Shown here: piece by piece, positions 28,800 through 38,630 of the stretch
Layout of the letters: every line of letters starts with the position of its first letter
Numbering within the stretch: position 1 is the stretch's first letter
Origin: Kiritimatiellia bacterium
Lineage (GTDB): Bacteria; Verrucomicrobiota; Kiritimatiellia; RFP12; UBA3636
Reading direction: 5' to 3'
Assembly: GCA_045589455.1 (NCBI GenBank)
Contig: JAZNPC010000066.1
Location: forward strand, 127,227 to 191,226
DNA length: 64,000 bases
Notes under the pieces: generated by a model
Told to the model about the DNA's origin: nothing
What the model saw: only the letters and a program-made list of their open reading frames with translations
The model's database searches: none
Translations under genes and position numbers: made by a program

Positions 28800-30344
28800 A
28801 TGAGTACCCAAGATTCAAGAAAAATTCGTATTTTTGATACAACACTTCGCGATGGTGAGCAATCTCCTGGTTGCACAATGAACCTACGTGATAAGCTTCT
28901 TGTTGCTGAGATGCTCGAAGCAATGAAGGTAGATATCATTGAGGCCGGCTTTGCTATTGCTTCTACTGGTGACTTTGAGTCTGTTAATTCCATTGCAAAG
29001 CTTGTTAAGAATTCTACAGTTGCAAGCTTGAGTCGTGCATTGGTAAAGGATATTGATTGTGCATGGGAGGCAGTAAAGGTTGCTCCTCGCCCACGCATTC
29101 ACACATTTTTGGCAACATCACCACTACACATGGCTGCAAAGCTACGTAAGACACCTGATGAGGTTTATGCTCAGGCAGTAGAGGCAGTGAAGTATGCACG
29201 TAATTTGTGTGATGATATTGAGTTCTCACTAGAGGATTGCTCTCGCAGTGAGCGTCCTTTTATCTACAAGGTTGTTGAGGGCGTAATTGCAGCAGGTGCA
29301 ACAACAGTTAATATCCCAGATACAGTTGGCTATGCAATCCCTGAGGAATTTGGTGCATTGATTCGTGATATTCGCAATAATGTTCCAAATATTGATAAGG
29401 CTGTTATTGCTGTACACTGCCACAATGATTTGGGCTTGGCTGTGGCAAACTCATTGGCAGCTATCGCAGCAGGTGCAGGTCAGGTTGAGTGTACTATCAA
29501 TGGTATCGGCGAGCGTGCTGGTAATGCAGCTATGGAAGAAATTGTTATGGCTCTAAAGACACGCCATGAGTGCTTCCATGCTCACACTGATATTGATACA
29601 ACAAAGATTTATGCAGCAAGTCGCTGTGTTTGCAATGTCACAGGCAGTCGCGTACAGGCCAATAAGGCAATTGTTGGCGAGAACGCATTTGCTCATGAGT
29701 CTGGAATCCATCAGCATGGCGTAATGGCAAATCCGTTGACCTATGAGATTATGACACCGGAGTCAATTGGTGTTCCTCGCAATAAGATGGTATTGGGTAA
29801 GCATTCCGGTAAGCATGCATTTGCTCAACGTCTTGAGGATTTGGGCTTCCATTATGATGACGATTATGTAACCGAGCTATTCACAAAGTTCAAGGCATTG
29901 GCAGATCGTAAAAAGACAGTGTCTGACGCTGATATTGAGGCATTGGCAAGCAAGGCTGGTGTAAATGAGGTTCAGCTAGCAAAGCTAGATCGCTTTAGCT
30001 CAATGGCAAGTAATGCAATTACCTCAGTTAGCACAATCCGCTTAGCAGTCGGGGATCGCTTGATTGAGAAGGTTGCAACAGGCGATGGACCAATCAATGC
30101 TTCCTTCCGTGCAATTTGCGATATTCTGGGTGTGACCTGCCGTTTGGAGGACTTCCAGCTTTCAGCAGTCACAGAGGGTATGGATGCACAGTGCGAGGCA
30201 AGTGTTCGCGTGCTATTTGAGGACGGCAGAACATATCGTGGTAGAGGTGTTTCTACCGATATTGTTGAGGCATCTATTCTTGCATATTTGCAAGCTATCA
30301 ATACTGCAATTAGCGAAGGTGCTCCAAGTATTCTAACTCACTAA
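28800..30344 (+). CDS. leuA: 2-isopropylmalate synthase.
   Basis: 514 aa with the HMGL-like TIM-barrel (IFDTTLRDGEQSPG, HCHNDLGLAVANSLAAI) and the C-terminal LeuA dimerisation/regulatory domain. Confidence 0.95.
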   Translation: MSTQDSRKIRIFDTTLRDGEQSPGCTMNLRDKLLVAEMLEAMKVDIIEAGFAIASTGDFESVNSIAKLVKNSTVASLSRALVKDIDCAWEAVKVAPRPRIHTFLATSPLHMAAKLRKTPDEVYAQAVEAVKYARNLCDDIEFSLEDCSRSERPFIYKVVEGVIAAGATTVNIPDTVGYAIPEEFGALIRDIRNNVPNIDKAVIAVHCHNDLGLAVANSLAAIAAGAGQVECTINGIGERAGNAAMEEIVMALKTRHECFHAHTDIDTTKIYAASRCVCNVTGSRVQANKAIVGENAFAHESGIHQHGVMANPLTYEIMTPESIGVPRNKMVLGKHSGKHAFAQRLEDLGFHYDDDYVTELFTKFKALADRKKTVSDADIEALASKAGVNEVQLAKLDRFSSMASNAITSVSTIRLAVGDRLIEKVATGDGPINASFRAICDILGVTCRLEDFQLSAVTEGMDAQCEASVRVLFEDGRTYRGRGVSTDIVEASILAYLQAINTAISEGAPSILTH

Positions 30345-30349
30345 AATTA

Positions 30350-30404
30350 GCTTTTAGCCCATGCTTGCAAACAAGGCTTGCATGGGCTTCTTTATGAAAA
30401 GGAG
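30350..30404 (+). terminator. Hairpin after leuA (agcccatgcttgcaaacaaggcttgcatgggct), U-rich 3' side.
   Basis: An 8-9-bp stem gcccatgc/gcatgggc is followed by ttctttatg. Confidence 0.4.
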
Positions 30405-30409
30405 AAAAA

Positions 30410-31222
30410 ATGAATGTTTTAATGATTGGAAATAGTTTTTCAATTTGCGTTGGCTCTCATCTGCCACAATGCACAAAGTCTGTGCCTGGCAATGAGTTAG
30501 GTTTAACCTCGCTATATATTGGTGGTTGCTCTTTGGAGAGACATTGGAACAATATAGTTGAGCTTGAAAAGGATAGCTCATTTTGTCCTTATGGAATCCG
30601 TGACTGGGGCTATGCTGAGGGCGAGGGACCTGTTGCGAAGCTAGGTATAGAGGCAGCAAATGTTGTGGATATGCTAAAATTCTGCAAATGGGATGTGGTG
30701 ACCATTCAGCAGGCAAGCCATGAGAGCTGGGATTATACAAAATATCAGCCATTTGCTGATAAGCTAATTGCAAAAATTAAAGAGCTTTGCCCAACCGCTG
30801 AAATTGTAATTCAAGAGACTTGGGCATATAGCACAGCAGATTGGCGAATCTCCGATAAAAGCGACTGGGGGTTTGGTCAGGCAGAAATGCACACTCGCTT
30901 GCGAGCTGCTTATAAGAAACTTCAAGAGGCTACCGACTTCCGTGTAATTCCAACTGGTGATGCTGTTGCACTCGTTCGTGCAAAGACAAATAGTGACCCT
31001 GCATGGGAGCCAGTGAATAGTGGAGGCCCAGATGGCACTGGCGATACCTTCCACCTAAACATGAAAGGTGAGTATTTGCAGGCTTGCGTTTGGTTTGGCG
31101 CATTGTTTGGTCAAGATCCAGAGCTAATTAGTTATTTCCCAGAGGAAATGACTGAGGATGAAGCAAAATTCTATAGAGCCTGTGCAAAAGAGGCTCTAGC
31201 TAATGGCTATTGGAAAATATAG
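30410..31222 (+). CDS. SGNH/GDSL-like hydrolase family protein (DUF4886-like).
   Basis: N-terminal MIGNSFS motif typical of SGNH/DUF4886. It is 270 aa and has no signal peptide. Confidence 0.5.
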   Translation: MNVLMIGNSFSICVGSHLPQCTKSVPGNELGLTSLYIGGCSLERHWNNIVELEKDSSFCPYGIRDWGYAEGEGPVAKLGIEAANVVDMLKFCKWDVVTIQQASHESWDYTKYQPFADKLIAKIKELCPTAEIVIQETWAYSTADWRISDKSDWGFGQAEMHTRLRAAYKKLQEATDFRVIPTGDAVALVRAKTNSDPAWEPVNSGGPDGTGDTFHLNMKGEYLQACVWFGALFGQDPELISYFPEEMTEDEAKFYRACAKEALANGYWKI

Positions 31223-31283
31223 TTTTATTAATCTAAAGAACTTTGTGTTTATAACAAAGGATTTGCATTTTATAATAAACCTT

Positions 31284-31318
31284 AGAACTGCGGCAGTATT
31301 GTCGCAGTTCTGTTTTTT
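31284..31318 (+). terminator. Strong Rho-independent terminator.
   Basis: Perfect 9-bp stem agaactgcg/cgcagttct followed by gtttttt. Confidence 0.75.
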
Positions 31319-31406
31319 CTAACAATTTGTTGATATGCTTGCTCTTAATCTAAGGTTTTTGATAAAATATAAATGTAAAGTTGAGAATCGTTAATTTAAT
31401 ATTATT

Positions 31407-33548
31407 ATGAGCATAGAATCTAATTTTAAGGTAGCTACTCCAGTTTGGGAGCAGGGGACAACAAAGCAGATGAATCGTAGTCTAAGCTTTTGCTGCGATG
31501 TTCCAGGTCTTCCATCAGCAAAGCTTTCTCTAACAGCCTCCTGTTCGTTCATAGTTTTAGTTAATGGAGAATTTGTTGCTCATGGCCCAGCACGTTGTGC
31601 TCATGGCTTCTTTCGTGTAGATGAATATGAGCTTGCTCCATATCTAACAAAGGAACAAAATCGCGTAGCGATTCGTGTAGTAGGATATAATGTAAATTCA
31701 TATTGCTACCTTAATCAGCCATCATTTTTAGTCGCTGAAATTGTTTCAAATAATTCTATTATTGCAGCAACTGGTGCCGATGGCTTTTATTGCTTTTTAA
31801 CAAATGAGCGTGTAATAAAAACGCAACGCTTCTCCTTCCAACGTTGCTTCGTAGAAGCATATAATTTTACTTCAGAAGCACCTTTTGTTTATGAGCAAGA
31901 GTGTGGTGCCGTTGGTACAATGGTAGAGCTTGCTCCAGCAACTGCCGGAAAATTTATTGCCCGTGAAATTCCTTATTCAGAAAACGAGAGTCTAAAGCCA
32001 GTAAGCTTATTCCAAAAAGGAAGTGTCGCATATTCAGAAAAAGGAAAATATTATGATGGACGCGAGCTCTTCCCTTCGCCTGAATTTATTACTTATAGCC
32101 TAGATGAACTAGACATCGCCACACACATTGAAGCAGGGAAAATAGATTTTTCCGAACCAATAGCTACCTCCAATTGTGATACTGAAGAAATAGCAATTGA
32201 AACGGATTCATATGTTGATATAGATTGGGGAGTAAATTATTCTGGTATATATGATTTTACTGTTGAAGCAGCTGGTGATGGCGAGCTATTTGTTATCTTT
32301 GATGAAATTCTATCTGATAATCAAATCTACGCAAATCGCCTTGGTGCTTCGCAGTTAATTTATTTTAAGCTACAAAAAGGACAATGTCATTTTGTTTCAG
32401 CGGAGCCTTATGTTATGCGTTATACTCGCTTAGTTGCAAAAGGCGCGAATATTAAAATTAGTAAGCTTTGTCTTCGCCACATAGCATTCCCACAAGCAGA
32501 GATAAAAACACGCTTTGTTGGGGCTGACGAAAAGATGGCAAAAATCTATGCTGCAGCTGTTGAGACGTTTCGTGCAAACGCTGTAGATATTTACATGGAT
32601 TGTCCATCTCGTGAGCGTGCAGGCTGGTTATGCGATAGCTTCTTTACTTCGCGTGTTGAATATGCTCTAACAGGAAAATCAACATTAGAAAAGTGCTACC
32701 TTGAGAATTTTCTTCTACCAGAAAGGTTTGAGTTTCTTCCTAACGGAATGCTCCCAATGTGTTATCCTGCAGATCATAACGATAAAACATTTATCCCTAA
32801 TTGGTCAATGTGGTATGTGCTAGAGCTAGGCGAATATTTTAAACGTACAAGAGATAGAGCATTGATTGATAAAGCAAAGCCAAGAATGTTTGCTTTATTA
32901 GATTATTTCAAAGGCTTTGAAAATGAGTATGGCTTATTAGAGAAGCTACAGAGCTGGGTGTTTGTGGAGTGGTCTCGCTGTAATTCTCTAGTGCAGGATG
33001 TCTCCTTCCCAAGCAATATGATTTATGCGCTTGTTTTGGAAACGATGGCAGAGCTTTACAATGCACCTGAGCTAGCAGAAAAAGCATCAGCAATTAAATC
33101 CACCATAAATAAGCTTTCAATGACACCATCTGGATTTTATTGTGACAATGCAATCCGTAAAGAGTCTGGTGAGCTAGAGCTTAGTGGTGAGCGAACAGAG
33201 GCATGCCAATACTATGCCTTCTTCTCAAATGTCGCTACACCAACAACCCATCCAGAGCTTTGGAAAATTCTAGTAAATGATTTTGGTTATGATAGGGCAG
33301 AGAAGGGATTATATCCTGAGATTTGGCCAGCCAATGCCTTTATTGGAAATTATTTGCGACTTGAGCTACTTAATCGCTATGGCTATAAAGACGAGCTTTA
33401 CGATAATATCAAGGGCTACTTCTATTATATGGCAGAGCGTACAGGCACACTCTGGGAGAATGTTGGCACAGAAGCCAGCTGCAACCATGGCTTTGCCTCT
33501 CATGTAATCTATTGGCAAAAGCTTCTCGGTCTTTTGGTAGATTGTTAA
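31407..33548 (+). CDS. Six-hairpin glycoside hydrolase, alpha-L-rhamnosidase (GH78)-like.
   Basis: 713 aa carrying YMDCPSRERAGWLCDSF, which matches the GH78 DCPxRERxGWxGD catalytic-domain signature. It has no signal peptide. Confidence 0.65.
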   Translation: MSIESNFKVATPVWEQGTTKQMNRSLSFCCDVPGLPSAKLSLTASCSFIVLVNGEFVAHGPARCAHGFFRVDEYELAPYLTKEQNRVAIRVVGYNVNSYCYLNQPSFLVAEIVSNNSIIAATGADGFYCFLTNERVIKTQRFSFQRCFVEAYNFTSEAPFVYEQECGAVGTMVELAPATAGKFIAREIPYSENESLKPVSLFQKGSVAYSEKGKYYDGRELFPSPEFITYSLDELDIATHIEAGKIDFSEPIATSNCDTEEIAIETDSYVDIDWGVNYSGIYDFTVEAAGDGELFVIFDEILSDNQIYANRLGASQLIYFKLQKGQCHFVSAEPYVMRYTRLVAKGANIKISKLCLRHIAFPQAEIKTRFVGADEKMAKIYAAAVETFRANAVDIYMDCPSRERAGWLCDSFFTSRVEYALTGKSTLEKCYLENFLLPERFEFLPNGMLPMCYPADHNDKTFIPNWSMWYVLELGEYFKRTRDRALIDKAKPRMFALLDYFKGFENEYGLLEKLQSWVFVEWSRCNSLVQDVSFPSNMIYALVLETMAELYNAPELAEKASAIKSTINKLSMTPSGFYCDNAIRKESGELELSGERTEACQYYAFFSNVATPTTHPELWKILVNDFGYDRAEKGLYPEIWPANAFIGNYLRLELLNRYGYKDELYDNIKGYFYYMAERTGTLWENVGTEASCNHGFASHVIYWQKLLGLLVDC

Positions 33549-33601
33549 TGTAGTTTTATGATATAATCAAAAGGTAAAATTAATTAAGAAAGAAAACTTA
33601 T

Positions 33602-34423
33602 ATGAATTTTGTTAATCCAGATACAGCACCAATTTTTGAGAAGAAGCTTTATATTTTTGATATGGATGGCACCATATATCTTGGAAGCAAGATATTTCCA
33701 TTTGCTATTCGCTTTATAAATAATCTTCGGGCAGCAGGAAAGAAAATTTTGTTTTTCACAAATAATGCTTCTCACACAACAGATTTTTATGTGAATAAAT
33801 TGACTAAGCTTGGCTTTTCTCCAACTCGTGAGGAAATTATGACATCAGGTGATGTTACAATTGAATTTCTAAAGCGTCATCGTGAAGGAAAGAGTGTATA
33901 TCTCGTTGGAACAGATGAATTGGTGGAGAATTTCCGTGAGAATGGAATACAAATGCTTTCTGGCAAAGAGGAGTGTGGTGATATTGTTGTAACAAGCTTT
34001 GACACAACTCTTACATATGAGAAGTTAGATAATGCCTGCCGTATGGTTAGAAATGGTGCAGAGTATCTTTCTACACATCCAGATTACAATTGCCCAACAG
34101 AGAGCGGCTTTATTCCTGATAGTGGAGCAATTGCTGCATTTGTAACAGCATCTACAGGTAAGACCCCAACATACTTTGGTAAGCCACATAAAGAAACAAT
34201 TGAAATGATTTGTGAGGCAACCGGCTTTGATTGTAGCGAGATGTGTATCTTTGGTGATCGCCTATATACAGACATCGCCGTAGGTAAGCGTCATGGCGTT
34301 ACAGCAATTCTTGTGCTTTCTGGTGAAACCACAACCGAGGATGTTGATGCAGCAGCAGATGCAGATAAGCCAGACTATGTTTTTGATTCACTAGATAATG
34401 TAGATCAAATCATGTTTAAATAA
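33602..34423 (+). CDS. HAD-superfamily hydrolase, subfamily IIA (NagD-like sugar phosphatase).
   Basis: FDMDGTIY (motif I), FFTNNAS, GKP and FGDRLYTDIAVGKRHG (motif IV). Confidence 0.8.
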   Translation: MNFVNPDTAPIFEKKLYIFDMDGTIYLGSKIFPFAIRFINNLRAAGKKILFFTNNASHTTDFYVNKLTKLGFSPTREEIMTSGDVTIEFLKRHREGKSVYLVGTDELVENFRENGIQMLSGKEECGDIVVTSFDTTLTYEKLDNACRMVRNGAEYLSTHPDYNCPTESGFIPDSGAIAAFVTASTGKTPTYFGKPHKETIEMICEATGFDCSEMCIFGDRLYTDIAVGKRHGVTAILVLSGETTTEDVDAAADADKPDYVFDSLDNVDQIMFK

Positions 34424-34460
34424 ATTTTGATGCACCAAGATGGTTGTGCGCAAATAGTAT

Positions 34461-34813
34461 GGAGAAGCGACTTCTAGTCGCTTTGCGTCTCTGCGTCCCT
34501 TCGGCGTCACGTGCATCATGCTCGCTCTGCGCTTCTTGTTGATTGTTTTTTCCCGCTCCTTGTCTCAAAAGCCTTGGTGGGTCGTACACATTAGCGCTTG
34601 GCAGTTGCCTTATTGCTTCGCCAGATTTAGCAATAATTAAGGCAACAACAAGCGGTAATGTGCGCGTCAGCGCCCCATCACCACACCCATCACACCAGCC
34701 CAGCGCCCTCCGCGTCCTTTGCGTCTCTGCGTCCCTTCGGCGTCACGTTCACCATGCTGTTGATTGTTGGCTGTTGTATCGTTTTCCCGCTCCTCGTCTT
34801 AAAAGCCTTGTTG
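34461..34813. repeat. GC-rich intergenic repeat block: two copies of a ~90-nt unit (ctttgcgtctctgcgtcccttcggcgtcacgt...gttgattgtt...ttcccgctcct...aaaagccttg) plus the tggagaagcgacttctagtcgctttgcgt module.
   Basis: Copy 1 is ~34481-34570 and copy 2 is ~34717-34813. The tggagaagcgacttctagtcgctttgcgt module recurs exactly at 53636-53664. Confidence 0.7.
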
Positions 34814-34837
34814 TATATTCTAAAGCGAGGTCGTTGG

Positions 34838-36061
34838 TTATATTAATGCAACCGGGATAATATAATTTTGTTTATCAATTGCTGATAGAGATTCTGCCAT
34901 GCAAATGATTGCCCCATTCCCCCTTGGGATTGTTGTTTTATCCAATACTTTAAATTGTCTTGTTAATTCTGTGCCTGGGTTCGAAGTACGCTTAATTTCA
35001 ATTGGATGTAATTCTCCGTCGCTTTCCATTACTAAGTCAATTTCGTTATTATTTGTATCTCTATAGTACCACAAAAGACAGTCTTTTGCATTGTTATGAT
35101 ATGTTTTAATAATTTCAGAAATTACAAAATTTTCAAGTATAGCTCCGTTCATTGCTCCATTAGCAAGGATTTCTGGAGAAGAATATCTAGTGAGATATGC
35201 TACAAGACCTGTATCGAAAAAATAAAGCTTTGGAAATTTAATAGTCCTTTTCAATAAATTGTTTGAGTAGGAACGTAAGAAAAATATGATATCCGATTTT
35301 TCTAGAATCTTAAACCAACGCTTTGCTGTGTCAACGGATATGCCTACATCTTTTGCAATGTCTGAAAAATTAAGAATTTGACCCACTCGACATGCAGCAG
35401 AACGAATGAAGTCTGTGAATTGTAGTACATCTGTAATATTCGCAAAATCTCTAATATCTCGTTCAATGTATGTTTGTAAATAACTACTGTAAAATAAATC
35501 TCTATCAGTATATTTTCCGCTTATATGACCTGGCATAGAACCATTCCAAATACGTGTATAAATTTCTTTAGTATCTGCTTTTTTATTTGATTTGTTTCGG
35601 TTCTTTAGGTTTTCTAGGTTAATGGCAAAAGGTTCGGTTGGGCCCTTTCCAAAAATTTCATGTTGTGAAAGTGTGGGTAGGTGAATTACCGCAATTCGTC
35701 CAGCAAGTGATTCCTGTGCAAGCTCCATTAGTTTGAATGGCTGAGAACCAGTGAGCCAAAATGATGATGGTGCAGCACCATTATCTATTGCCATTTTTAT
35801 ATATGAAAAGAGTTCGGGTGCATACTGAACCTCGTCAATTAGAATTGGCAATGAATGCATTTGAAGAAATAGTGCTGGATCGTTAGCAGCAAGATGTCTT
35901 TCTTGCAAATTATCTAGAGAAACAACAGTCCTATTCTTTGACATTAGTTGTTTAAGCAATGTTGTTTTACCAACTTGACGGGCACCTGTGATAAGAATAC
36001 AAGCATATTCTTTAGAAATAGATTGTATTTTTTTTTCTATATCTCGAGTAATGTATCTCAT
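34838..36061 (-). CDS. AAA_14/DUF4143-family ATP-binding protein (second paralogue).
   Basis: Walker A ITGARQVGKTTLLKQL, ILIDEVQYAPEL and a C-terminal DUF4143-like region. ATG at 36061 is preceded by AAGGAG. Confidence 0.85.
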   Translation of the reverse strand: MRYITRDIEKKIQSISKEYACILITGARQVGKTTLLKQLMSKNRTVVSLDNLQERHLAANDPALFLQMHSLPILIDEVQYAPELFSYIKMAIDNGAAPSSFWLTGSQPFKLMELAQESLAGRIAVIHLPTLSQHEIFGKGPTEPFAINLENLKNRNKSNKKADTKEIYTRIWNGSMPGHISGKYTDRDLFYSSYLQTYIERDIRDFANITDVLQFTDFIRSAACRVGQILNFSDIAKDVGISVDTAKRWFKILEKSDIIFFLRSYSNNLLKRTIKFPKLYFFDTGLVAYLTRYSSPEILANGAMNGAILENFVISEIIKTYHNNAKDCLLWYYRDTNNNEIDLVMESDGELHPIEIKRTSNPGTELTRQFKVLDKTTIPRGNGAIICMAESLSAIDKQNYIIPVALI

Positions 36062-36627
36062 AAAATCTCCTTTTTTTGATAAAACTATATATAAAACGTT
36101 TTAAAATTTCAAGTAAAATTTACGATGCAATCGTAAATTTTACTAAAATTGTGTGCGCTTATTCCTTAATTCAGTAGTTAGATTTTAGTGCGCGTTAAAG
36201 CCACAATGAGCATTGCGAGACCTTAAAATTGCAATAGTAATTTTTCTCGCGCTAGACCAAATGATGGAGGAGCAGATGTTTTGCATTGCAAAACATAGGT
36301 GAGAAGTAAGAAGTAAAAGGTAAGAGATTCGGTATGTGCGTGCGCGGGCGGCTAACGCATGCGCACCGCTCTCGCCTACGGGAAGATTGGAAGCTGGGGA
36401 GGATGGGAGGTTTGTCTGATGGGTGGTGTGGTTGTGGCGCTAGCGCGTACATTTGTGTCGTGTGCGCTGTAAAATGTGCGCCAGCCAAGCTGCACAAAAA
36501 TGTAATTATTTCTATCATTATAGGTTTAAATGGTTTGCATAAATTATATCGGTATTTTGTTTGACTGATTTTGTTAAATAGTTGTAAAATATCAATAAAT
36601 TTAAATAAAGTTATTTTGGAGATTCTT

Positions 36628-37476
36628 ATGAAAAAATATTTTTCGTTGACGATATTGTTGTTTGCTTGTCTTGCTGTAACATCTTATGCAGATAGTGAAG
36701 GTAAGGTGAATATAGAAATTATTTATGGTGTTGAATGGGAATATACATCCTGTGATAATGGTGTAGAGATTTTAGGTGCAAATGCAGAGGGAGATGTTAA
36801 AATACCTTCTAAATTAGGAAATCTTCCTGTAACATCCATCGGCGAAGAAGCGTTTTCTGATTGTGGTAGTTTAACCAGTATTGTAATTCCAGATAGTGTA
36901 ACATCCATCGGCGACGATGCGTTTTCTGGCTGTTATAGTTTAACCAGCATTGTAATTCCATCAAGTGTAACATCCATCGGCGACGGTGCGTTTTCTTACT
37001 GTGGTAGTTTAACCAGCATAGAAGTTGCAAAAGGCAATCGAAATTATGTTTCAGTAGATAATGTATTGTTCTCTAAAGACATGAAAAAGATTATTTGTTG
37101 CTCTAAGAACAAAGCATCATATTCTATTCCTGAAGGTGTAACATCCATCGGCGACCATGCGTTTTCTGTCTGTGATAGTTTAACCAGCATTGTAATTCCA
37201 GATAGTGTAACAACCTTCGGCGAAGAAGCGTTTTCTGGCTGTTATCGTTTAACCAGCATTGTAATTCCATCAAGTGTAACATCCATCGGCGAAGAAGCGT
37301 TTTATGGCTGTCGGAGTTTAACCAGCATTGTAATTCCAGATAGTGTAACATCCATCGGCGATAGGGCGTTTTCTGGCTGTGAGAGTTTAACCAGCATAAT
37401 ACTACCAAGAAAATTTTCAGAAGACCGAGAGCGACTTGCTAATGAAAATTATGGAGAAATCATACCGAACGACTAA
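36628..37476 (+). CDS. Small BspA-type LRR (LRR_5) surface protein.
   Basis: Signal peptide MKKYFSLTILLFACLAVTSYA, then ~8 repeats of IP(D/S)SVTSIG(D/E)xAFSGCxSLTSIVIP. The start at 36628 is preceded by TTGGAG. Confidence 0.8.
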   Translation: MKKYFSLTILLFACLAVTSYADSEGKVNIEIIYGVEWEYTSCDNGVEILGANAEGDVKIPSKLGNLPVTSIGEEAFSDCGSLTSIVIPDSVTSIGDDAFSGCYSLTSIVIPSSVTSIGDGAFSYCGSLTSIEVAKGNRNYVSVDNVLFSKDMKKIICCSKNKASYSIPEGVTSIGDHAFSVCDSLTSIVIPDSVTTFGEEAFSGCYRLTSIVIPSSVTSIGEEAFYGCRSLTSIVIPDSVTSIGDRAFSGCESLTSIILPRKFSEDRERLANENYGEIIPND

Positions 37477-37602
37477 ACTATAAATTAAAACGAGAGAGGA
37501 TAATCGCTTCTCTCGTTTTAATTTTAGGTAATAGTTTCGGTAAAATTATAATTTGCCTGATTTATATCACGAGAGCCCTGCGTATCCCTCTGTGCCTCCC
37601 AA

Positions 37603-37690
37603 ACCACCGTCCTGTCCACCGTCCTGTCCACCGTAGTTTTAACGCAGGTGGAAGTTTTAACCTAGGAGGAAGTTTTAACGTAGGAGGTTG
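37603..37690. repeat. Short tandem repeats (ccaccgtcctgt x2; ttttaac[gc][ct]aggtggaag-like 18-nt unit x3).
   Basis: Direct inspection of the region just 3' of the mrp-like gene. Confidence 0.6.
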
Positions 37691-37745
37691 CGTCCCTTCT
37701 TCGTGCGCATAGTCATCACGCACGCTGGCAGCTACCACAGTAGCA

Positions 37746-38600
37746 TTACTGTGGTAGCTTTTCGCAGATGCTGTTGAAGGCATCGCGGATTGGAGATGGT
37801 GTGTCTTCGCCTGCAATTGGATTACCAGAATCACCACCCATGCATACGATTGGATCAATTGGAATCTGACCCAATAGAAGTGTGTTAAATTCCATTGCTA
37901 GCTTCTTACCTGCGCCCTCAGCAAAGATGTTTGTTAGTTCACCACACTTTGGACAAATGAAGCCACTCATATTCTCAACAATACCTAGGATTGGGAATTC
38001 TAGCTTTAAGCAGAAGTTGAGTGATTTACGTACATCATTTGCCGCAACCTCCTGTGGAGTTGTAACAATGATTGCGCCGGTTGGATCAGGAATGCGCTGA
38101 CAAATGCCTAGAGGCTCGTCACCTGTTCCTGGAGGGCAGTCGATAAACAAATAATCTAGCTCACCCCAAACAACATCAGAAATGAATTGCTGGATTACGC
38201 CATTCTTTGCAGGACCACGCAAGATGATTGCATCATCTGGATTAGGTAGGAAATATCCAATAGAAACTACCTTGATTCCGTGTGTCTCGTGAGGAATTAG
38301 CTTGCCATTCTCAGAATAAACATCTGCACAAACATTACCCAACATTTTTGGAATACTTGGTCCATTGATATCAACATCTAGTAGGCCAACCTTTTTACCT
38401 TGCTTTGCAAGTGCAATTGCCAGATTTACTGCAACAGTGCTTTTACCTACGCCACCTTTGCCAGACATAATAGCAACCTTGTGCTTAACATTTGCTAAGC
38501 AGCTGCGGATTTTCTTCTCTGAATCATCTTGGCAATTTCCTGAACCCTTGCAATCGCCACAAGCATCTGTCCTATTTGGACAAGTATTTTCCTCTGACAT
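37746..38600 (-). CDS. apbC: Mrp/NBP35/ApbC-family Fe-S cluster carrier ATPase.
   Basis: Deviant Walker A SGKGGVGKST, the C-terminal CPxC-type cysteines (FICPKCG) and an N-terminal Cys-rich extension. Confidence 0.85.
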   Translation of the reverse strand: MSEENTCPNRTDACGDCKGSGNCQDDSEKKIRSCLANVKHKVAIMSGKGGVGKSTVAVNLAIALAKQGKKVGLLDVDINGPSIPKMLGNVCADVYSENGKLIPHETHGIKVVSIGYFLPNPDDAIILRGPAKNGVIQQFISDVVWGELDYLFIDCPPGTGDEPLGICQRIPDPTGAIIVTTPQEVAANDVRKSLNFCLKLEFPILGIVENMSGFICPKCGELTNIFAEGAGKKLAMEFNTLLLGQIPIDPIVCMGGDSGNPIAGEDTPSPIRDAFNSICEKLPQ

Positions 38601-38630
38601 TTTATAATTTCCTTCGTATATATTTGTGTT

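Noticed and set aside
34543-34860. ORFs 34543-34860 and 34658-34846 (+)
   Set aside because: They lie in the duplicated GC-rich repeat block, overlap the 3' end of the convergent ATPase gene and are of low complexity.
36334-36564. 76-aa ORF in the GC-rich island upstream of the small BspA gene
   Set aside because: It is a low-complexity Arg/Gly/Cys-rich translation of a GC island. It has no ribosome-binding site and overlaps the minus-strand ORF 36252-36518.
36809-37408. Minus-strand ORFs inside the small BspA gene
   Set aside because: Same artefact: antisense of the LRR repeats (repeating RRWMLH...).
37562-37858. 98-aa minus-strand ORF downstream of/overlapping the mrp-like gene
   Set aside because: It overlaps the mrp-like 3' end in another frame and is mostly a translation of the short tandem repeats.
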